From the NCBI GenBank assembly GCA_963835335.1, contig CAWIFB010000006.1, positions 136,084-200,083 of the forward strand: a stretch of 64,000 bases of DNA, read 5' to 3'. This DNA comes from an uncultured Chloroflexia bacterium (GTDB taxonomy: Bacteria; Chloroflexota; Limnocylindria; Limnocylindrales; CSP1-4). The notes under the pieces were generated by a model. The model ran no database searches. It saw only the letters and a program-made list of their open reading frames with translations, and was not told the DNA's origin. This document shows positions 57,354-64,000 of the stretch, in pieces. The stretch's first letter is position 1. Every line of letters begins with the position of its first letter. The position numbers and the translations under genes were made by a program.

Positions 57354-59960
57354 CTAGATTGGCGATCCCGCCTCTCCGAGCGCCGCGGCGACCTCGGCCC
57401 GCCGCCGGATCGCGAGCTTCGCGAGCACCGCCGAGACGTGATGGCCCACCGTCTTCGGCGACACCACCAGCCGATCGGCGATCTCGGCATTCGAGAGCCC
57501 CTGGGCGAGGAGCTGCGCGATCTCCCACTCGCGCTCGGTCAGGCCTCGCGGATTGGAGCGCGTGGTCGGTCGTGGACCCCGCGGGACCGGCCTGCCGAGC
57601 TCCCGGAGTCGGAGCGCGACCCTGTGAGCGGTCGCGCTGGCCCCGAGCCGAGTCAGCTCGGCATGGGCTCGGTCTACGTCCGACGCGTGGGGCGACGCTG
57701 CCAGGCTGAGCGCGGCCTCATACGGCATCTCGAACCGCGTCCACGCGGCGGCCGCCTCCCGGGGTCGCCCGGCAACCTCGAGCCGGTACATCTCCTCGGC
57801 CCGAGGGTCGATCTCCGACAATGCGCCGGCGCGCCAGAGCCATAACCCGAGCTCGCCGATCGCCCCCCGGTTGCCATGGCGACAGGCAAGGGCGTACGCG
57901 GCGCGGAGATCCTGGTCCTCGGCCGTCAGGCTCCCGGATATCCAGGCCTGCTCTGCTCTGACGGCTGCCATCGGCCATTGAAGCGCGAACGTGGGTAGCC
58001 GCTCGAGGATCTCGTCGGCCTGCTCGAGCCACGCGTTCCACCCGGGCTCTCCCCGCCGAATGGCCAGCAGCGCGAGGATGAGCAGGGACGCGCCGCGCTC
58101 CAGCGCAAGCATGTGCTCGGTCTCGAGGCTGGCCCGCGCTCGCGACTCGGCCACGTCCCAATCACCGATCGCCAACGCGATGGCGGCGTGTGCGCCACTC
58201 ACGCTGAAGCGGTCGACCTGGGACTGCGCGGCGTGGTCCTCGTACTGGCGGAAGTAGTCCAGGGCAACCTGGAAGCGGCGCCATTCGTAGGCGGACCAGG
58301 CGAGATTGTTGAGCGCGCGGTCCACAACGGCCGGCAGGTCTGCCTCCCGCCCGATGCGGAGCGATTCGCCGAGGCTGGCCCAACCGTGCTCGTCACCCAG
58401 GGTCAGCTCCAGGCTTCCCAGACTCACCAACGCGACCGCCGTGACCTCCGGATCATCAAGCCGCCGGCCGATCTGGAGGGCGCGCTCGCTCATCGCTCGT
58501 CCCTCGTTGTCCAGGCCCTCCATCGTGCCCACCCCCCCGAGGGCCGCACAGGCCATGCCGAGCTCGTGGCTGTCACCCATCGGCTCGACGAGCGCGACGG
58601 CGTCACGAGCTGCCTGCCAGGCCTCGTCGGCGCGCCCGTTGGCCCATGCCACGAGGGTGAGCAGCGTCAGGTCCGCCGCGGTCGACCGAGCGTCCGTGCC
58701 CTGTCGCCGCAGGGCGACGGCCTCCGTTGCGCTGGCGTACGCCGCCGGAAGGTCATTGACCAGGTGCAGGGCCTGCGCAAGCGGCTCGAGGAGCTCTGCG
58801 CGGGCCGCCGGTTCGAGGTCATCGCCGAATCGCAGCGCGCGCCTGAGCTGGGCGATCGCCTCATGCAGCGAACCCGCCGCGAGGGCCTCTCGACCGGCTC
58901 TCGGGGCGTGGCGAAGGACGGCCTCGCGGTCCGCCGAACCCTCCGCGTGATACGCGAGTCGTGCGCTGTCCGTGGACCTGGCGCGTTCCAGCACATCCAG
59001 GGCGCGGCGGTGCAATGCGATGCCATGGATGACGGGCAGATCCTCGAGGACGACCATCCGCGTGAGCTCGTGTCGGAAGGCGACCCCATCCTCCTTGATA
59101 AGAAGGCCGACCCGGACGCAGTCGTCGATTCCGACCACGTCCTCGCCGGCGATCGCGGCCAGCAACCAGGGCTCGGCTCGCACGCCGACGACGGCCGCGA
59201 CCTGCAGGGCGCGCCGTCCGCGTTCGTCGAGTCGTTCGACGCGGGCCCGCACGGCGTCCATGACCGAGACGGGGATGCGATCGATCCCGCCATCGAGCAC
59301 CTCGTGGAGGAAGAACGGGTTGCCGGCCGTGATCCGATGGAGCTCGTCGACATCGACATCGCTCTCACCCGCGAGGGCCGCGACCCCCGCCGGGCTCAGA
59401 GGCTGGAGCGGCAGCTGCCGGACGACCGGGAGCGAGACGACGCCTCCGAGGATCCGCGCGACGGCTGTGGGATCGCCCTCGCCGTCTCGGTGGGTCACGA
59501 GGATCAGCACTGGGAGCGGCTCGACACGGCGAGCCAGAAAGGCCAGCAGATCGAGCGACGCCTGGTCTGCCCAATGGATGTCCTCGATGACGATGACGTG
59601 CGTCGGCCCCGTCGACAGCCGGTTGAGAAGCCAGCGGCCAAGCTCGCTCCGGGATGCGTGCGAGTCGAGGAGCCGGCGCATGTCGGGGCCGAGCGCGTCT
59701 GCCATGTCATCGAACGGCCCGTACGGCTGCGGCGTGGACACGCCATCGCAGGCACCCCAGAAGACGCGGCCCGTCGACGAGCTGTCCTGGAGGAAGGCCC
59801 GCAGGAGCGCCGTCTTGCCGATGCCCGCCTCACCCCTGATCAGGACGAATCGACCGACCGTGGCCGCCTCGTCGAGGTAGCGCCTGAGCGCCGCGAGCGG
59901 TTCGGCGCGTTCGATCAGCTCGTTGCGATGACGCTCCGTGGGCACGGGAGGGGCAGCCAT
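57354..59960 (-). CDS. LuxR-family regulator with N-terminal AAA/P-loop NTPase and TPR-like middle region (LAL/MalT type)
   Basis: P-loop GEAGIGKTAL, Walker B VIVIEDIHWAD, and the C-terminal HTH LTEREWEIAQLLAQGLSNAEIADRLVVSPKTVGHHVSAVLAKL. Confidence 0.9.
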   Translation of the reverse strand: MAAPPVPTERHRNELIERAEPLAALRRYLDEAATVGRFVLIRGEAGIGKTALLRAFLQDSSSTGRVFWGACDGVSTPQPYGPFDDMADALGPDMRRLLDSHASRSELGRWLLNRLSTGPTHVIVIEDIHWADQASLDLLAFLARRVEPLPVLILVTHRDGEGDPTAVARILGGVVSLPVVRQLPLQPLSPAGVAALAGESDVDVDELHRITAGNPFFLHEVLDGGIDRIPVSVMDAVRARVERLDERGRRALQVAAVVGVRAEPWLLAAIAGEDVVGIDDCVRVGLLIKEDGVAFRHELTRMVVLEDLPVIHGIALHRRALDVLERARSTDSARLAYHAEGSADREAVLRHAPRAGREALAAGSLHEAIAQLRRALRFGDDLEPAARAELLEPLAQALHLVNDLPAAYASATEAVALRRQGTDARSTAADLTLLTLVAWANGRADEAWQAARDAVALVEPMGDSHELGMACAALGGVGTMEGLDNEGRAMSERALQIGRRLDDPEVTAVALVSLGSLELTLGDEHGWASLGESLRIGREADLPAVVDRALNNLAWSAYEWRRFQVALDYFRQYEDHAAQSQVDRFSVSGAHAAIALAIGDWDVAESRARASLETEHMLALERGASLLILALLAIRRGEPGWNAWLEQADEILERLPTFALQWPMAAVRAEQAWISGSLTAEDQDLRAAYALACRHGNRGAIGELGLWLWRAGALSEIDPRAEEMYRLEVAGRPREAAAAWTRFEMPYEAALSLAASPHASDVDRAHAELTRLGASATAHRVALRLRELGRPVPRGPRPTTRSNPRGLTEREWEIAQLLAQGLSNAEIADRLVVSPKTVGHHVSAVLAKLAIRRRAEVAAALGEAGSPI

Positions 59961-60035
59961 CCCCGAACGATAGTCACTCGGTCAAACAGTGGATCCGGTG
60001 GTCCCAGGCGTCCGCCTCGGCTGTCGATGACCTCG

Positions 60036-60288
60036 TCAGTCTCCCTCGACGACCGGGTGGATCGAGTCGGCGACCAGACCGTGGGCTTCCCGATGGACGC
60101 GGATCGCCGCCTCGGCATCGGGTGCGTCGACCAGGCAGAAGATCCTGCCCGCTGAATTCGTCGACCCAGTAGCGGAGATAGCGGACGCCGTATCGATCCT
60201 GGGTCTGAAGGTCTGCGAGGTGCGCCTCAGCGACATCGCTTGCCTTGATGCCGCCATCGATCACGTGACTGTCCATGAAGAGCGCCAT
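60036..60288 (-). CDS. DUF4242 (SCO4226-like) protein, frameshift near 60148
   Basis: MALFMDSHVIDGGIKASDVAEAHLADLQTQDRYGVRYLRYWVDE continues in another frame as IFCLVDAPDAEAAIRVHREAHGLVADSIHPVVEGD. The break is at a GGG run. Confidence 0.7.
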
Positions 60289-60382
60289 CGGTGATCCTCC
60301 TGACGCCGAGCATGGGTTCTGATCGTCGCGGAGGCATCGGGCGGCCGCCCTATCTTGAACACCGCCGGCGCCCTACTTCGGG

Positions 60383-60430
60383 GACCCGTCGGTGCTGTCG
60401 TTCCTGCTCACCGGGATCGTCCAGGTGGAG
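60383..60430 (+). repeat. 48-bp direct repeat, copy B (intergenic)
   Basis: gacccgtcggtgctgtcgttcctgctcaccgggatcgtccaggtggag. Weaker similarity to copy A continues for about 12 more nt. Confidence 0.9.
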
Positions 60431-60474
60431 GCCCACCGCAACCTGACGACGGATCGCCGTTGCCGGGGAGCGTG

Positions 60475-61776
60475 TCAGGTGCCGGCTCGAGCGGGTTCGA
60501 CAATTCGGCGTCCGGCGAGGAAGATGACGGCTGCCGGGAGCGCCAGGAAGCCACCCCCGACGATGGCCAGCGTCTGGTAGCCCGCCCAGTCGAGCAGCAG
60601 GCCGGATGAGACGCTGGCGGCGGCGCCGGCGGAGAACACCAGCATGTCGGTCGCGCCTTGGAGGCGGATCCGCTCCCGCAGCGACGCGCCGCTGGTGAGC
60701 AGGCTGCTGCCGGCGACGAACGCCAGGTTCCAGCCGTAGCCAAGGAGAAACAGCGCGAGCGTCAGCACGGGAATGCTCGGGTCCCGCGCGGCCGCGGCCA
60801 GGGCGGCGGCAACCAGCAGGGTGGCGAATCCACCGTAGAGCACGGTGAACGCCCCGAACCGGACGACGAGCCGCCCGGTGATCGGCGACAGGGCGAACAT
60901 GCCCAGCGTGTGGGCGCTGATCACGAAGCCGACCGTGGTCAGGCTCTCCCCCATGTCGTGGATGTGGACCGGGGTCATGGTCATGATCAGAACCATCACG
61001 ACCTGCGCGGTCACCATCGCCACCAGCGCGACCCGGACCCGGAGCGGTGCGAGCCCCTCCAGCAGACCTCCGATGCGCCCGGCGAGACCCGGCGCGACCG
61101 GCGATGGCCCGGCGCCGCCGTCGACGGCAGGATCGCCCTGGGTGCGTCCCGGCTCCACGGGGTGTGCGGGATCCTCCGACCGTGGCACGAGGCCCAGCAC
61201 GACCAGCATCGCCAGGGCGAAGCCGAGCGCCGTGATCGTCAGCCCGCCCTCGAGCGCGGGTCGTCCGACTGCGGCGGCGATGGCTCCCGCCGGCGCGACC
61301 AGGTTCGGTCCGAGCACCGCTCCGGCGGTGCTGCCCCAGACCACCGTGCCAACCGCCGCCGCGCGTCGCTCCGGCGGGAACCGGTCCGCGGCGGCATACC
61401 GGGACAGCTGGATGGCGGCGTTGCCGAACCCCACGGCCACGCTCCCGGCGAGCAGCAGCGGGAACGCGGCAAGCACGACGGCCACGACCGACGCCACCGC
61501 CCCGGCGACCGCGACCGCGAAGCCGCCCAGCAGGCCGGCACGGCGTCCGCGCCGTGCCATGACGGCCGACAGCAGGCCGACGGCGGCGGCGGTGCCGATC
61601 GTGCCCAGGGCGCTGGGCAGGCCCGAGAGCTCCGCCTTCCCCGTGATCTCGCGGGCCGCGATCGAGGCAGCCGTGAACGAGGCGATGTAGGCGGTGCTGC
61701 CCAGGGCGGTGGTCGCGACGAAGGGTGCGAGCCGCGCCGTCCGGGACGTGCGGCGCATGAGCGGGGGGACGGACAT
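60475..61776 (-). CDS. MFS transporter
   Basis: 433 aa with about 12 hydrophobic segments and an MFS loop motif, MARRGRRAGL, between TM2 and TM3. Confidence 0.85.
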   Translation of the reverse strand: MSVPPLMRRTSRTARLAPFVATTALGSTAYIASFTAASIAAREITGKAELSGLPSALGTIGTAAAVGLLSAVMARRGRRAGLLGGFAVAVAGAVASVVAVVLAAFPLLLAGSVAVGFGNAAIQLSRYAAADRFPPERRAAAVGTVVWGSTAGAVLGPNLVAPAGAIAAAVGRPALEGGLTITALGFALAMLVVLGLVPRSEDPAHPVEPGRTQGDPAVDGGAGPSPVAPGLAGRIGGLLEGLAPLRVRVALVAMVTAQVVMVLIMTMTPVHIHDMGESLTTVGFVISAHTLGMFALSPITGRLVVRFGAFTVLYGGFATLLVAAALAAAARDPSIPVLTLALFLLGYGWNLAFVAGSSLLTSGASLRERIRLQGATDMLVFSAGAAASVSSGLLLDWAGYQTLAIVGGGFLALPAAVIFLAGRRIVEPARAGT

Positions 61777-61872
61777 CGGGGGATTATCGGGTCTGGCGGG
61801 TCGGCCAACGCGATCCGCGCGCGGGCCGCGCCGCCGCCCATCGCGCCGCCGCCCATCGCGCCGCCCGGCCCG

Positions 61873-62475
61873 CTACTCGCTGAAGCGCTCCTCCCGCCAG
61901 GGGTCCGCGTCGTTGTGGTACCCGTAGCGCTCCCAGAAGCCGAGCGTGTCGTGGGTCAGGAATTCGAGACCGCGGATCCACTTGGGACCCTTCCAGAAGT
62001 AGCGCTTGGGGACGATGAGCCGCAGCGGGTAGCCGTGCTCGGGCTCCAGCGGCTCGCCCTCGTAGGTGTCCGCGAGCAGCACGTCATCGTCGTCCAGGAC
62101 CTCGAGCGGCACGTTGGCGGTATATCCCTGCTCGGCGTGACCCAGCACGAACTTCGCGCCCGGCCGGACCTGGGCGAGCTCGAGGATCGTCTGGATCGCG
62201 ACGCCCTCCCAGTGCGTGTCGAGCTTGGTCCAGCGCGTCACGCAGTGGATGTCCGTGGTGACCTGCTTGCGGGGCAGCGCCTTGAACTCGTCCCACGTGA
62301 GCCGGAACGGATTGTCGACCTCGCCATAGACCTTGAAGTCCCACGTGGACAGGTCCGTGTGCGGCACGCTGCCGTAGTGGAGGACGGGGAACTTCTCGGT
62401 GAGGTACTGACCGGGCGGGACGCGGTCGGCGACGGAGGGATCGCCGCGACGATCCCCGAACAGGCGCTCGAACAT
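61873..62475 (-). CDS. sulfite oxidase-like molybdopterin-binding oxidoreductase
   Basis: ATG at 62475. VTTDIHCVTRWTKLDTHWEGV and GYPLRLIVPKRYFWKGPKWIRGLEF. Confidence 0.85.
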   Translation of the reverse strand: MFERLFGDRRGDPSVADRVPPGQYLTEKFPVLHYGSVPHTDLSTWDFKVYGEVDNPFRLTWDEFKALPRKQVTTDIHCVTRWTKLDTHWEGVAIQTILELAQVRPGAKFVLGHAEQGYTANVPLEVLDDDDVLLADTYEGEPLEPEHGYPLRLIVPKRYFWKGPKWIRGLEFLTHDTLGFWERYGYHNDADPWREERFSE

Positions 62476-62641
62476 CCTGGACTCCTGCGGGCACGGGAAC
62501 ATGGACGAGTGGCCGATCCCGGGACGCCGAAGCGTACCGGTCAATGATGACGGGATTGCGACGGGGTGGCTACCGGGGAACACCCGAGGCATGACCATCG
62601 GCCGATCGCCCGGCTGGCGCACGAGGCACTACCCTTGTGCC

Positions 62642-63412
62642 ATGCCGGAGCTGCCCCGCGTCGTCATCGTGATGCCCGCGTACAACGCTGCTCGCACGCT
62701 CGAGCGCACGTATGCGGATATTCCCCACGACCTCGTCGACCACCTCATCCTCGTCGATGACGTGTCGCAGGACGAGACGGTCGAGATCGCAGAGCGGCTC
62801 GGGCTGGAGGTGATCACGCATCGCCAGAACCTTGGCTACGGTGGCAACCAGAAGACCTGCTACGACCGCGCGCTCGAGTGGGGCGCGGACGTCGTGGTGA
62901 TGCTCCATCCCGACTACCAGTACGACGCCACGCGCATCCCCGATCTGGTCGCACCGATCGCATCCGGTGAGCGCGACCTGATGCTGGGCAGCCGGTTCAT
63001 CGGCGATCCGCTGGCCGGCGGGATGCCCCGCTGGAAGTACCTCTCGAACCGGTTCCTGACCGGCGTCGAGAACCTCGTGTTCGGCCTTCGGCTGTCCGAG
63101 TACCACACGGGCCTTCGGGCGTACAGCCGGCGGCTGCTGGAGACGATCCCGTACCGGCTCAACTCGGACGACTTCGTGTTCGACCAGGAGCTCATTTCGC
63201 AGGTGGTCGCCGCCGGCGGGCTCAACATCGGCGAGATCGCGGTTCCCACCCGCTATTTCGAGGAGGCGTCGTCGGTCAACTTCCGCAGGAGCGTCGTGTA
63301 CGGCCTGTCCACGCTGCGGGTCGTGGGACGGTTCCTGCTCCACCGGAGCGGGCTCCGCCGCTCGTCCAAGCTCAGGCCTCGCGTGGCTGCCGGCGAGTCC
63401 GGCACCAACTGA
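62642..63412 (+). CDS. family 2 glycosyltransferase
   Basis: VVIVMPAYNAARTLERT...LILVDDVSQDET...LGYGGNQKTCY...MLHPDYQYD. Confidence 0.9.
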   Translation: MPELPRVVIVMPAYNAARTLERTYADIPHDLVDHLILVDDVSQDETVEIAERLGLEVITHRQNLGYGGNQKTCYDRALEWGADVVVMLHPDYQYDATRIPDLVAPIASGERDLMLGSRFIGDPLAGGMPRWKYLSNRFLTGVENLVFGLRLSEYHTGLRAYSRRLLETIPYRLNSDDFVFDQELISQVVAAGGLNIGEIAVPTRYFEEASSVNFRRSVVYGLSTLRVVGRFLLHRSGLRRSSKLRPRVAAGESGTN

Positions 63413-63413
63413 G

Positions 63414-64000
63414 ATGCGGCTGCCCGAACGGTTCTGGCGAGCTGCAGCCGGCATCGCGATCTCGGTGGTGGCGCTCGCCCTCGTGGTCCGCTCGGTGGAC
63501 CTCGGGGCCGCCTGGGACGCGCTGCGACATGCCGAGCCCGGCTGGATCGTCCTGCTGATCGCGTTCGTCGTCACCGATCTCCTGCTGCGCGCGATCCGCT
63601 GGCGCCTGCTGCTCGCCCCGCTCGCGGCTGTTCCGCTCCGCACGACGCTCGGATCGCTGCTGGTGGGGTACCTCGCCAACAACGTCCTCCCGGCGCGGCT
63701 GGGCGAGATCGTCCGGAGCCACCACCTGGGCAGCAGGACAGGGGTCTCGCGGACCACGATCCTGGGCACCATCGTGGTCGAGCGGGTCGTGGACACGGTC
63801 GTGGTCGTGGCGATCGCGGCAGCCGCGATCCTGGTCCTGTCGGTGCGCGGCGTGGTCGCGTCGGCGGTGCTGGTCGGCCTCGCGGTGACCGCCCTGCTGG
63901 TCCTCCTGATCGCGATCGGGATGGTCGCCCACCGGCTGCCGGGCGCAGACCGGGTCGCCGGCTTCGTGGGACGGTGGCCGCGGGTACGCGACGTCCTGGG
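63414..64000 (+). CDS. flippase-like / lysylphosphatidylglycerol-synthase TM-region (UPF0104) membrane protein (partial, runs off right edge)
   Basis: ATG at 63414 gives MRLPERFWRAAAGIAISVVALALVVRSVD...RWRLLLAPL...LLVGYLANNVLPARLGEIVRSHHLG. No stop occurs before the end of the window. Confidence 0.8.
   Translation, partial: MRLPERFWRAAAGIAISVVALALVVRSVDLGAAWDALRHAEPGWIVLLIAFVVTDLLLRAIRWRLLLAPLAAVPLRTTLGSLLVGYLANNVLPARLGEIVRSHHLGSRTGVSRTTILGTIVVERVVDTVVVVAIAAAAILVLSVRGVVASAVLVGLAVTALLVLLIAIGMVAHRLPGADRVAGFVGRWPRVRDVL

Noticed and set aside
57354-59960. Large P-loop/TPR protein, considered as an antiviral STAND (Avs-like) NTPase.
   Set aside because: It ends in a canonical LuxR-type HTH and lacks any nuclease, protease or other effector domain. 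This is the standard LAL/MalT-type transcription regulator architecture.
61827-61871. About 2.6 tandem copies of cgcgccgccgcccat between the MFS and molybdopterin-oxidoreductase genes.
   Set aside because: It is very short, extremely GC-rich low complexity in a convergent/divergent gap. I can support no structure or partner motif.

Overview
High-GC bacterial chromosomal segment; spot counts give about 65-72% G+C. Gene content looks Actinomycetota- or Chloroflexota-like, but no taxon can be assigned without a database search. I can support about 75 protein genes and one tRNA-Thr(CGU). I see no rRNA, CRISPR array, integrase or transposase. All family names come from motif recognition by eye; no HMM or BLAST was run.

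Layout:
- 0-1.8 kb: TetR plus ABC ATPase operon.
- 2-16.7 kb: accessory-looking region with seven type II toxin-antitoxin pairs (an eighth lies at 48.3-49.0 kb) and one decayed VapC fragment. It also holds an FGE-type lipoprotein, tRNA-Thr with a degenerate copy of its own 3' half 458 bp away, and an M1-peptidase homolog with destroyed zinc motifs. A cluster of TolB-like protein, ECF sigma, membrane-anchored solute-binding protein and PQQ/NHL propeller completes it.
- 17.9-22.3 kb: MacB-type ABC exporter operon.
- 22.4-27.7 kb: manA, FAD oxidoreductase, SulP permease, lipoprotein.
- 27.8-36.0 kb: the most unusual part. Nine Tad pseudopilin-type genes form three TadE-TadE-TadG triplets, two on the minus strand and one divergent on the plus strand. 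Two of the TadE-like proteins carry extra C-terminal domains behind low-complexity linkers. No Flp pilin, ATPase, platform or prepilin peptidase gene is present anywhere in the window. A histidine kinase / OmpR-type regulator pair sits next to it.
- 38.4-64 kb: mostly housekeeping (GrpB-PurK fusion, purE, NUDIX, RCK K+ channel, ppgK, GGDEF-EAL, Kef, fumC, beta-oxidation-type genes, IscA/ErpA, Lon-N protein, MFS, GT2). It also contains a 4.4-kb cassette bracketed by a 48-bp direct repeat (LAL/LuxR regulator, two small secreted proteins, DUF4242).

Caveat: at least 13 reading-frame breaks interrupt 10 otherwise intact genes, several at short homopolymers. The assembly probably contains indel errors, or the genome is decaying. 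Gene ends and pseudogene calls should be read with that in mind.
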